Positions 8,955-18,176 of a DNA stretch of 64,000 nucleotides are shown one piece after another. Position numbers and translations under genes: made by a program. Position 1 is the stretch's first letter, and each line of letters opens with the position of its first letter. The notes under the pieces are model-generated. The model was not told the origin of the DNA. It did not search any database and was given only the letters and a program-made list of their open reading frames with translations. This stretch comes from an uncultured Actinomycetes bacterium. Lineage in GTDB: Bacteria > Actinomycetota > Thermoleophilia > UBA2241. Location of the stretch: NCBI GenBank assembly GCA_963767005.1, contig CAVYCN010000008.1:64001-128000 (forward strand), given 5' to 3'.

Positions 8955-10772
8955 CTAGCTGATCTTGCCGGCGGCCAGATGGTCGGCCGGCTCGTGTGAT
9001 ATCGGCACCGTGAAGATGAAACTGGAGCCCTTGCCGAGCTTGCTCTGCACGCGGATCTGGCCGCCGTGGAGCTCGACCAGCTCCTTGGTGATGGCGAGGC
9101 CGAGACCCGTGCCGCCCTGCGAGCGGCTGGCCGACGAGTCGACCTGCGTGAAGCGCTGGAAGATACGATCGATGTCCTCCTGGCCGATGCCGATGCCGGT
9201 GTCGGTCACCCAGATCTCGACGAAGCCGTCGTGCGTGCGCGCCTCGACGCTCACGTTGCCGTTCTCGTGCGTGTACTTGATGGCGTTCGTCAACAGGTTG
9301 AGCAGCACCTGGTTGAACTTGGCCGGGTCGGCGTGGATCGGCGGCACGTCGGTCGGCAGGTAGGTCGACACCTTGATGCGCTTCTCGCCGGCGCGCGGCT
9401 TGACCACCGGCAGCACGCTGAGCAGCGCCGAACGCAGGTCGACGGCCTCGAGGTTGAGCTCGAGGCGGCCGGCCTCGATCTTGGTCAGGTCGAGCACGTC
9501 GTTGATCAGGTTGAGCAGCGACTCGCCGTTCTTGAGGATGCTGTCGATGAAGTTGATCTGGCGCTCGTTCAGCTCGCCGGTGACGCCCGACAGCAGCATG
9601 TCGCTGTAGCCGATCACCGAGGTGAGCGGCGTGCGCAGCTCGTGGCTCATGGTCGCCATGAAATCGCTCTTCAACTGGTCGAGGTGCGTGAGCTCGTCGT
9701 TCTTCTTGGCGAGCTCCTCGTTGTACTGGATGTTGCGCAGGGCCACCGAGAGCTGGCTGCTGAGCGAGGCGAGCGCCTTGAGCTTGGTCTCGCGTACCAC
9801 CTCGCCCGGCCGGGTCATGAAGCACAGCAGGCCGAGGCGCAGGTCCTTGGCGCGCAGCGGCACGAGCACGAGGTCGCGGAAGCCCTCCTTCTCGATGAGC
9901 TTGAGGATGTGGGCCGACTGGGTGCCGTCGTCGACGGTCGCGACGTGGGGCGCGCCGGCGGAGTAGACGCGGGTGAGGCCGACGCCCTTGAGGCGGTCGA
10001 TGAGCTCGGTCGTGACCGCCCCCCGGAGGGCCGCCAGGCGGTCGTCGCCGGTGCCGTCGTTGTGCAGCAGCACGTAGCCGGTCTCGACCCGCATGAGCCC
10101 GCACAGCTTGTCGAGTGCGTCGGGCATGAGGCTCTCGACGTCGTGGTGGCGCATGAACACCTGGCTCGTCTCTTCGATCGAGCGGAGCTGCTCGTTCACC
10201 GCCTTCATGCGGTCGAGCTGGCTCTCGGCGCGCACCTTGGCGTCGCGCAGCTCGGCGTTGGTCTTGGTCAGCGCCCGCGCGATGAAGCCGGTGAGCAGGG
10301 CGATCAGCAGAAAGCCGGTCACCCTGATGCCGACCGTCTGCGCCGACCAGTTCTCGGGCAGGATCGGCGGCTTGATCGTGGAGTCGTTCACGAAGGGCCC
10401 GAAGGCGGCGGCCTGCAGCGCCCAGATGCCGATGTAGAGGCCGCTCGAGACCGCGGCCGTGATGTACGCCGCCCAGGTGGGCAGGAGGAGGCTCGCCGAG
10501 ACGATCGGCCACAGGTAGAAGATCGCGACCGACGAGAGCACGCCGCCGGTGAAGACGACGGCGGCGGTGATCAGCACGGTGTCGACCACCACCATCGCGA
10601 CGCTCGCCCGGTGGTCGCGGCCCCTGCGGCTCAGGTACAGGAAGGGCACGTTGGCGACCACGAACACGACGATGATGGCGAGCAGCACCGGCGAGACCGA
10701 GCTCGCGTCGAGCAGCCGGAAGCCCATGCCCGCAACGAACAGCGCGACACCGAAGATGATGCGCGCCGTCAT
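8955..10772 (-). CDS. Membrane sensor histidine kinase with GAF domain
   Basis: MSHELRTPL (H box), NLLTNAIKY (N box), DTGIG, GTGLGL. Start uncertain. Confidence 0.92.
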   Translation of the reverse strand: MTARIIFGVALFVAGMGFRLLDASSVSPVLLAIIVVFVVANVPFLYLSRRGRDHRASVAMVVVDTVLITAAVVFTGGVLSSVAIFYLWPIVSASLLLPTWAAYITAAVSSGLYIGIWALQAAAFGPFVNDSTIKPPILPENWSAQTVGIRVTGFLLIALLTGFIARALTKTNAELRDAKVRAESQLDRMKAVNEQLRSIEETSQVFMRHHDVESLMPDALDKLCGLMRVETGYVLLHNDGTGDDRLAALRGAVTTELIDRLKGVGLTRVYSAGAPHVATVDDGTQSAHILKLIEKEGFRDLVLVPLRAKDLRLGLLCFMTRPGEVVRETKLKALASLSSQLSVALRNIQYNEELAKKNDELTHLDQLKSDFMATMSHELRTPLTSVIGYSDMLLSGVTGELNERQINFIDSILKNGESLLNLINDVLDLTKIEAGRLELNLEAVDLRSALLSVLPVVKPRAGEKRIKVSTYLPTDVPPIHADPAKFNQVLLNLLTNAIKYTHENGNVSVEARTHDGFVEIWVTDTGIGIGQEDIDRIFQRFTQVDSSASRSQGGTGLGLAITKELVELHGGQIRVQSKLGKGSSFIFTVPISHEPADHLAAGKIS

Positions 10773-11047
10773 GACCTCTCTGAGCTGCCTGCCGGTGCTC
10801 GTCTGACCCGTCCCTTCGCCGTCGTTGTCTGACTCGCGTACATATGTCGACGAAAGCGGCCGATGGATTAGCGGCGCGGCTCGAACAAAAGCGCCCCGCG
10901 GATCGTTCCCGGGCACGAACGGCAGCGGATCGCGGATCGCCGCCTCCGCCGGCTGAAGGAAACCGGGCCGGAGCGCGGAAGCTCTACAATCCCGGGCGGG
11001 CCTTCGACCGGTCGGTCACGCCTGGGCGAAACGAGGACGTCCGTACC

Positions 11048-12436
11048 ATGTCTGTACCGCGCCTCATCCTGGCCGGGGTCGAACCGGGCCCCGCGCTCGA
11101 TCTCGTGGCCGGCGCGCTGCTCGCCGGCTGCGGCGAGCAGCGCGCCACGCGCGCCATCCTGCTGGGCTTCGACCTGCCGCTCTGGCGCCTGGTCTACGAC
11201 GTGGCCGCGCGGGCGCCGCGCGCCCTCGATCCGGCGCTGCACTCGGCGCCGGTGGCCGACGAGCTCTTCGACCAGTGGAGCGAGCACATGGACCTCGCTC
11301 TCGTCACCTGCGTGCGGCCGCTGCTCGACAACTGGGAGGGGGTGCACGGCTCACGTGGTGCCGACCTCGCCCGCCGTCTCGACGCGCCCATCGTGCTCGT
11401 GCTCGACGCGCGCGGCCGCGGCGCGAGCGCCGCGGCCGCGGTCTACGGCACGCGCGCCCTCGCCAAGCAGCTCGAGATCGGCGGCGTCGTGCTGGTAGGC
11501 GGCGAAGACTCGGCGGCCGGCCTCGAGCTGCAGGAGGCGCTGCGCCGCGACGTCGGCCTGCCGCTGCTGGGCCACGTCCCGCCGCAGCTCACCGAGCAGT
11601 TCCTGCGTCAGTACGCCGTGGCGAGCGGCGCCGTGCGCACCCTCGGCGGCGCCCGCGCCCCGGAGACGACGCTGGTGCAGCTCTGTCGCGAGGCCGCCAC
11701 CTACCTGCAGCTCGACGAGATCGCGGCGGTCGCGGCGCGGCGCGGCTTCCTGCCGGCGGCGCCGCGCCACCTGCTGCTGCCAGAGACCTCGGCCACCGAC
11801 CTCGTGGTGGCCGTCGCCTGGGGCCCGCCGCTGCAGCCGGTCATGCTCGAGAACGTCGATGTGCTGCAGGCCATGGGTGTCAACCTCGTGCCGCTGAACA
11901 TCGCTCGCGACCGCGAGCTGCCCGAGCCCTGCGACGGTCTGCTCTTCAGCGGCACGCTCGACGAGCAGACGATCGACGCGTTCTCAGACAACGCGCTACT
12001 GCGCCAGAGCCTGCGCACCGCGGCCGGCGACGGCCTGCCGGTGCTCGCTCTGGGCGGCGGCGCCCTGCTCATGCTGCAGCGCCTCGCCGACAGTCGCGGG
12101 CGCAGCCACGACCTGCTCGGCATCGTGCCGGCCGAGGCGGAGCTGCTCGAGTGGTACGACCGGCCGCGCTACGTGCACGCCGAGGCGACCCGGGCCAACC
12201 CCTACGACGCCGGCTCGGTCACGCTGCACGAGCTGTTCGACCTCGAGTTCCTCGTGCTCGAGCACGACGTGTTCGCCTACCAGGTCGCCATGCCCGACGG
12301 CAGCGGCCGCACCGAGGGCTTCGTCGTCGGCCGCTGCCTGGCGACGACCCTCTTTGCCAGCTTCGCCGCCTCGCCGGCCATGGCGGGCCGGTTCATCGCC
12401 GCGATGCGCGCGGCGCGCGGCACGTCACGCCCGTAG
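11048..12436 (+). CDS. Cobyrinate a,c-diamide synthase (CobB/CbiA)-like paralog with degenerate catalytic motifs
   Basis: ADLARRLDAPIVLVLDA and a C-terminal GATase-like region are recognisable, but the P-loop and catalytic Cys are missing. Confidence 0.7.
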   Translation: MSVPRLILAGVEPGPALDLVAGALLAGCGEQRATRAILLGFDLPLWRLVYDVAARAPRALDPALHSAPVADELFDQWSEHMDLALVTCVRPLLDNWEGVHGSRGADLARRLDAPIVLVLDARGRGASAAAAVYGTRALAKQLEIGGVVLVGGEDSAAGLELQEALRRDVGLPLLGHVPPQLTEQFLRQYAVASGAVRTLGGARAPETTLVQLCREAATYLQLDEIAAVAARRGFLPAAPRHLLLPETSATDLVVAVAWGPPLQPVMLENVDVLQAMGVNLVPLNIARDRELPEPCDGLLFSGTLDEQTIDAFSDNALLRQSLRTAAGDGLPVLALGGGALLMLQRLADSRGRSHDLLGIVPAEAELLEWYDRPRYVHAEATRANPYDAGSVTLHELFDLEFLVLEHDVFAYQVAMPDGSGRTEGFVVGRCLATTLFASFAASPAMAGRFIAAMRAARGTSRP

Positions 12437-12481
12437 GAGCGCCCGGCGGCCGCGCGCCGGCCCTGGTGTACACTTCCGCGC

Positions 12482-13582
12482 ATGAACGCACGCCGCCGCC
12501 TCGCCCCCGAGGTCTTCGCCCTTCCGGTCGAGCGCATGCGCGAGGGCTACTACAGCGACGCCTACTTCAACTTCTCCAAACGCGTGCTCGAGACACGCGA
12601 CGAGCATCCGCGCGTGCTCATGCAGGTGTTCCAGAAGTACGCCGGCGCCGTGCTGGGCGGCACCGACGAGGCCGTCGCCACGCTCAAGCTCTGCGCCGGT
12701 CGCCACGAGCTGCGCGGCGGGCGCCGGGTCTGGGTCGACGGCTGGGACAAGCTCGAGGTACGAGCGCTCTACGACGGCGACGAGGCCGCGCCGTGGGAGA
12801 CAGTGATGACCATCGAGGGCGACTACACGCTCTTCGCCCATCTCGAGACGGTCTATCTGGGCGTCCTCACGCGCCGCACGCTGATCTCGACCAACGTGCG
12901 GCGCGTGGTGCAGGCCGCCGGCGCCAAGCCCGTGCTCTTCTTTCCGGCCCGTTTCGACCACTACCGCGTGCAGGCCGGCGACGGCTGGGCGGCGCACGTC
13001 GCCGGCGCGATCGGCGTGTCGACCGACGAGCAGGCCTCGTGGTGGGGCGGCAAGGGCGGCGGCACCGTGCCGCACGGCCTGATCGCCGCCTACGGGGGCG
13101 ATACCGTGGCGGCGTCCGCCGCCTTCGCCGACGAGCTCTATCCCGACGTCAACGTGGTCGCCCTGGTCGACTTCGACAACGACTGCGTCGCGACGTCCCT
13201 CGCCTGTGCCCGCGCCCTTGGCGAGCGTCTGTGGGGCGTGCGGCTCGATACCTCCGAGACGATGGTCGATCGCTCGCTCTGGGAGTCCATGGGGCAGTTC
13301 CGCCCGACCGGGGTGAACCCGCAGCTCGTGCGCAACGTCCGCAGCGCCCTCGATGAGGAGGGCTTCGACCACGTGCGCATCGTGGTGAGCGGCGGCTTCG
13401 ACGCCGAGCGCATCCGCGAGTTCGAGCGCGACGGCGTGCCGGCCGACGCCTACGGCGTGGGCTCGAGCCTGCTGCGTGGCAGGATCGACTTCACCGCCGA
13501 CGTGGTCGAGGTCGACGGCCGACCCTGCGCCAAGCGGGGGCGCATCGAACGCCCGAACCCGCGGCTCGAGCTTGTGGAGTGA
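12482..13582 (+). CDS. Nicotinate/quinolinate phosphoribosyltransferase family protein (PncB-like)
   Basis: SDAYF, ARFDH, GTVPHGL, ALVDF, GVRLDTS, VVSGG, YGVGS. Confidence 0.85.
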   Translation: MNARRRLAPEVFALPVERMREGYYSDAYFNFSKRVLETRDEHPRVLMQVFQKYAGAVLGGTDEAVATLKLCAGRHELRGGRRVWVDGWDKLEVRALYDGDEAAPWETVMTIEGDYTLFAHLETVYLGVLTRRTLISTNVRRVVQAAGAKPVLFFPARFDHYRVQAGDGWAAHVAGAIGVSTDEQASWWGGKGGGTVPHGLIAAYGGDTVAASAAFADELYPDVNVVALVDFDNDCVATSLACARALGERLWGVRLDTSETMVDRSLWESMGQFRPTGVNPQLVRNVRSALDEEGFDHVRIVVSGGFDAERIREFERDGVPADAYGVGSSLLRGRIDFTADVVEVDGRPCAKRGRIERPNPRLELVE

Positions 13583-14133
13583 ACTCGCCCGCGAGCCGCG
13601 GCCGCAAGGTGATCCTCGTCGTCGACGTCGTGAACGGCTTCTGCAAGGCCGGCAGCCTGGCCAGCCCCCGCCTGGCCGCGCTCGTGCCGCGACTGCGCGC
13701 CCACCTCGAGGCCGAGACGGCGGCCGGCGCCGTCCTGGTCTTCTTGGCCGACAGCCACGCGCCCGACGACCCCGAGTTCCGGCTGTTCCCGCCGCACTGC
13801 GTCGCCGGCTCCGGCGAGGACGATGTGGTCGCCGAGCTCCGCGAGTTCGTCGAGCGCGGTCACGTGGTGCGCAAGCGGCGCTACAGCGGCTTCTCGGGCA
13901 CCCGTCTCGACGAGCTGCTGGCCGGTCTGGCTCCCGCCGTCGTCGAGGTCGTCGGCGTGTGCACCGACATCTGCGTGCTGCACACGGTCGCCGGCCTGCG
14001 CGACCGCGACTACCGGGTGGTGGTGCGGCGTGACCTGGTCGAGACCTACGACGCGCCCGGGCACCCGGCCGACGAGGTCAACGCCTTCGCCCTGGCCCAC
14101 CTGCGCGACGTGCTCGGAGCCGAGGTCGTCTAG
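13579..14133 (+). CDS. pncA: Nicotinamidase/isochorismatase family cysteine hydrolase
   Basis: VVDVVNGF, DSH, FPPHC, KRRYSGF, GVCTDICV; overlaps the PRTase stop. Confidence 0.8.
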   Translation: MNSPASRGRKVILVVDVVNGFCKAGSLASPRLAALVPRLRAHLEAETAAGAVLVFLADSHAPDDPEFRLFPPHCVAGSGEDDVVAELREFVERGHVVRKRRYSGFSGTRLDELLAGLAPAVVEVVGVCTDICVLHTVAGLRDRDYRVVVRRDLVETYDAPGHPADEVNAFALAHLRDVLGAEVV

Positions 14134-14233
14134 CCGGCGCCGCGCCGGTCGTCGCGGCGCTCGAGATCGGGGTCGGACTCGCTTCGGGGAGGGGGCTGTC
14201 TGCTGCGGGCGTGGCGCCGGACGGCCGGCGCGG

Positions 14234-14845
14234 TCAGCCGCCGCCCGAGCCGGCGTGCGAGCCGGTCCCGCTGCCGTCCATCAGGTCGACGAAGCTGCGC
14301 GCCGTGCGCCCGATGCCCGACGTCGGGTCGATCGCCGCGGCCTTGCGCCACTCGTCGCGCGCCAGGTCGGCGCGCTGCTGGGAGAAGTAGAGGATGGCGA
14401 GGTTGTAGTGGGCGAGCTGACTGTGCGGGTCGGCCGCGAGCACGCCGGTGAGGAGCTGCAGCGCCTGGTCGTCGCGGCCCGTCGCGTGCAGCGCCATGGC
14501 GAGCTGCGCCTTGGCGGTCTGGTCGTCGGGGTCGGCGACGAGGACCTTCGTATAGAGCGCCTCGGCCTTGCGCGGCTGCTCGGTCATGAGATAGGCGTCG
14601 GCCAGGGCCATCGCGTTCCGGGTGCTCGAGGGATGCTTCGAGTAGCGCGCCGCGAGCAGCTTGACCATGGCGGCGTAGTCGGTGTCGCTCGCGCTCGGCG
14701 AGGGGACGTTGGTCGGCAGCGTAGCGGCGCTCGCTTCGGTGGTCGCGGCGGCGGTCTTGCCCGGCGACCGCGAGCCCGCCAGGACGATGAGGCTGGCGAC
14801 CAGGATGGCGACCACGATACCGGCGACGGCGTATCGTTTCCGCAA
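14234..14845 (-). CDS. Membrane-anchored TPR-repeat protein
   Basis: N-terminal TM helix, Thr/Ala/Ser linker, TPR-like repeats (AHYNLAILY, A..DP). Confidence 0.75.
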   Translation of the reverse strand: MRKRYAVAGIVVAILVASLIVLAGSRSPGKTAAATTEASAATLPTNVPSPSASDTDYAAMVKLLAARYSKHPSSTRNAMALADAYLMTEQPRKAEALYTKVLVADPDDQTAKAQLAMALHATGRDDQALQLLTGVLAADPHSQLAHYNLAILYFSQQRADLARDEWRKAAAIDPTSGIGRTARSFVDLMDGSGTGSHAGSGGG

Positions 14846-15007
14846 CGCGAAGAGTCCTTTCGTGACGGGCGAGACGGCCGAGTAGGGACACCTGCCGTGT
14901 CATCATTATGCGGCGGCCCCGCGGCCCTCTGGACCCCTATCGGACCGCCTGTAACAGTCCTTAACCCCCACTTAACAAAGACACGGGCCGGCCCAGCCCG
15001 CCCGTCC

Positions 15008-15021
15008 TCGTGCCGCTTGAC
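15008..15021. repeat. Left target-site duplication of casposon (14 bp)
   Basis: TCGTGCCGCTTGAC directly abuts the left TIR; 13/14 identical to 27331-27344. Confidence 0.92.
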
Positions 15022-15073
15022 GGGATAGGAGATAGGGAGAAACGAAACGTCCCCGAAGTGTAACAGGCTGATT
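15022..15073 (+). repeat. Left terminal inverted repeat
   Basis: GGGATAGGAGATAGGGAGAAACGAAACGTCCCCGAAGTGTAACAGGCTGATT; 50/52 match to the reverse complement of 27279-27330. Confidence 0.95.
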
Positions 15074-15236
15074 TGTTCCGAATTCCGGCGACCCGTGCAC
15101 GGACTCGCTGCCGCTGTGCGCCAGCTCGCCTACCCGGGCAGAGGGTCGTCGGCCGGCTGCCCGAAGTCGTAGCTAGGGGGGTGCGGCGGTAGAGAGTTCA
15201 TGGGGTTGATGCGAAGCCGCTGCTGGTAGGTACTCT

Positions 15237-15917
15237 GTGGTGCAGAGTTCTTTGCCAATAACGGAGGGAGTCACCACGTACCCCGACGGCCCGGACTTCG
15301 ATCTCCGCTCGCTAGAGCAACGCGCGTTTGGGCGGTCCGAAGAGGACGGCCTGACCGACGTCCTACAAGGGTTTCTGTTGCTCAGCATGGTGGTGGTGTC
15401 CCGAGGTGCCGTTTCTCACGGTACGACACAGGCTCTCCTGAGTGCCTATATGCTCATCGGGCCAATCACGATAGGCGCCCTTGCCTACCTGCATCAGAGG
15501 TTGCAGAGAACACGCGTCGGCACTGCGACTCGGCGGGTCAGCCAGCGTCGTCGTCAGAGACACTTCTACCTTGCGGTCGTGGGCGTCGGAGTCGTCGTCT
15601 TCCTCGTAGCGAATGTCATTGACGGCCGGAGGAGCGTCGGGCAGGTTGCGTTTCCGTTTGCGATTGCCATCGCCTGGGTGTCCTTCGAGTTTGGCACCGC
15701 CATCTTCAAGCGCGCCCCTCGATTCTTCGCCTATGGTCTGCTCATGAGCGTCGGCTGGGTGGCATTCCTGTCTACCGATAAGGACTGGCGTCTCGCGCTG
15801 CTGCTCGGCGCCCTTCCCGCAGCGGTCATGATCTGCGTCGGGCTTGTGTTGCTCGTGCGCTTCCTGCGCCGCTATCCACTGCCGCAGATTGGCGAGCTTC
15901 CCGATGGCCGCAGCTAG
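15237..15917 (+). CDS. Multi-pass membrane protein (casposon cargo)
   Basis: About 6 TM segments; overlaps the downstream HTH gene. Start ambiguous. Confidence 0.7.
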   Translation: MVQSSLPITEGVTTYPDGPDFDLRSLEQRAFGRSEEDGLTDVLQGFLLLSMVVVSRGAVSHGTTQALLSAYMLIGPITIGALAYLHQRLQRTRVGTATRRVSQRRRQRHFYLAVVGVGVVVFLVANVIDGRRSVGQVAFPFAIAIAWVSFEFGTAIFKRAPRFFAYGLLMSVGWVAFLSTDKDWRLALLLGALPAAVMICVGLVLLVRFLRRYPLPQIGELPDGRS

Positions 15918-16227
15918 GTCGCATGAGGCAGGCTGGTTTGCCGCCCCTGATCGTCTCATCCACGAGCCGGCGCGTCTGACCATCATGGCCAACCTCTCTG
16001 TCGTCGAGAGCGCTGACGCCACCTGGCTTGTGCAGCAGACCGACCTGACCTGGGGCAACCTCTCGTCACATCTAGTGAAGCTGCGCGACGCCGGCTACGT
16101 CACGGTGGTCAAAGGCTACGCAGGCAACAAACCACAGACGACCCTTGCCCTGAGTGACAAGGGGCGAGCAGCTTTTCGCGAGTACCGGGAGCGCCTGACG
16201 AGAGCACTCGCGGACTTGCCCAACTGA
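15904..16227 (+). CDS. Winged-helix transcriptional regulator (ArsR/MarR-like, HTH_34 type)
   Basis: DRLIHEPARLTIM, LTWGNLSSHLVKL, GYV, T..GR.AF. Confidence 0.88.
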   Translation: MAAARSHEAGWFAAPDRLIHEPARLTIMANLSVVESADATWLVQQTDLTWGNLSSHLVKLRDAGYVTVVKGYAGNKPQTTLALSDKGRAAFREYRERLTRALADLPN

Positions 16228-16233
16228 GCGCGC

Positions 16234-16346
16234 TGGAACTGAGAGTGCCGGCTGCGGTCCGTAACTCCGGCGTGTACGCCACGCTGACTCCCTTCTTGGA
16301 CACCAGTGTCCACTTTCAGGGTGTCAACGAAAGCGGGTCAACTCCA
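16234..16346 (-). mobile_element. IS3-family-like left-end remnant
   Basis: Minus strand starts TGGAGTTGACCCGCTTTCGTTGACACC, followed by MSKKGVSVAYTPELRTAA, resembling an IS3 OrfA start (YTPEFK.EAV). No transposase core. Confidence 0.6.
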
Positions 16347-18097
16347 GGTTCCTTCCTCACCGCTTGATCCAACCTTTCCAGAATCGTCACGACAGTGTCG
16401 ACGTCCTGGTTCGGGAAGAACGGCTCGACCTCCGACCAAATGACAAGAACTGGCTGGAAGTAGTCGAGCATGAATCTCTGAAGGGTGGCCCCATACTTCG
16501 ATGTCAGCCATGCGGCTGATGTTACGAAGCCGATGCGTCCCCCTTCCTTCACGAAGCTTGCCGCGTGGATGAAATAGTAGGCGTAGGCATCGAACTTGCT
16601 GTCTTGTGCGACTCCCGCGCGATGCGCCAGCCGGTGGAGTTGAGCCTTGTAGGTGGGCTCTAAGTCATCCAGCTGTTGGCTGCGGACATACGGCGGGTTT
16701 CCTATTACGCAGTCGAACGCTGGCAGCGGGAGTTGTACTTGGTGAGTTGAGCCGCGATGGCGCTTGGCGGGAGGGAAAGTCAACGTGTCACCCGGTTTCA
16801 GGGTGAAGAAGTCCCGCACCGCCACGCGTGGGAAGTTGTCGGCAGACGTCAGGTCCTGGCGGCAGAGATTCAGGACCGCAAGCTCGGCTGGGAAGGCTGA
16901 TATGTCCACTGCCCACAGGTTCTCAAGAATCTCCTCGTGAGACAGAGTGGACGATTGACGAATCCTCTGGTGTGCCCGCATGAGGAATGTCCCCGTTCCT
17001 ACACCGGGATCGAACACAAGGTCCTCCGGTCGAGACATACAAAGTGAAACCATGAGGTCCGCGAGCTGGGGTTTCGTATAGTACTGGCCGAGGATGATTC
17101 GCTCTGACGTGGGGATCATGTTCTCGAATACTGAGCCGAGAACATCGTCCCGGACCTTGTCCCAGCTGTACGCGCTTAGGTCTGCAACAAGGTTGGCTAT
17201 CTGCGATTCGCTTGCTGGGCCAAGTGGGATTTCTTCCAACGGCGACTGTTCGTAGAGAGCTTCGTAGTCGAAAGCTCGAACTGCATCCCAGAAAGCCCTG
17301 AGTTGAGTGGTGACGCTGGAGCCAGGGCTTATCTGCAGCTTGGGCAAGCTTGGCTCGTGCCTTCTGTAGGAGTGGTAGAACAGTATCTGGCCAACAAGCC
17401 TGTAGCTCATTTGGGCCGCGAGCGCTGAGTGCAGGTCCTCCACGAAGGCGGCGAGGCCCTGTTTGGCTGCCCAGAGGCTTATGCGCCTCCGAATTGCACG
17501 GTCTGCGGCAAGCTTCTTGCGAAAATCATCCTCGATTGCGGTTCGCAGACTGCGCACCCGGTCGCCTAGGAAGTCGACAAAGACTGTGGCGTCAACGAGC
17601 TGACCTCCAACGGACCCGTGGGTGCTGAGGTCGTACGCAGCTCGGACAAGTTCGAGCGCCACGCGACGGAGGCTTTCGCGCACGGTTGGCTTGAGGCAAT
17701 CTTCGATGCTCCGCGCCTGAGAGACCCGACCCACCTCCGCGATGAAGTCGTCCGGCAGTAGATCCTTGCGAGGCGGAGCAGGAGTCCGGAAGCAATGAGC
17801 CACAGTGACATTCCAAAGAGCCAGGTACGGAGCACCAACAAGCTGGGCCTTCCTGACCGCGTCCCGCTGGAAAGCCTCGTCGGACAGCGACACGCTGGGT
17901 GGCTTGAGTTCGATCTCAAGCACGGCGTCACCTAAGGCGCGGTTTCGCCAGATGACGATGTCAGAGCGGTGACCGTCGGGATTCTTGAATTCCTGGGTCG
18001 CACGGTCGAAGCCGAGATTGTGCGCACGCAACTCGTCGGATATCCACGTCAGGGCCTCGCCTTGAAACTCCCACTCGGTAGTTCCGAACGTGGTCAC
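16316..18097 (-). pseudogene. Type IIG/Eco57I-like restriction-modification fusion (endonuclease + N6-adenine MTase), C-terminally truncated
   Basis: N-terminal RSD...EIELK (PD-(D/E)xK-like), GQYYT, DPGVGTGTFL, IGNPPY. Ends at the IS-like end shortly after the MTase core. GGAGG precedes GTG 18097. Confidence 0.75.
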
Positions 18098-18176
18098 GAA
18101 ACGCCCTCCACGGCTCACCAGCGAGAATACTGTCACATGACCCTTCGGCGCGGGAGCACGTGATGCCTGCCAGCCA

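Noticed and set aside
14950-15021. tRNA gene at the casposon insertion site
   Set aside because: No cloverleaf, T-loop GTTCGA or CCA end on either flank.
15017-15045. Hybrid promoter formed from the duplicated TTGAC and the left TIR
   Set aside because: No plausible -10 hexamer at 16-18 bp spacing.
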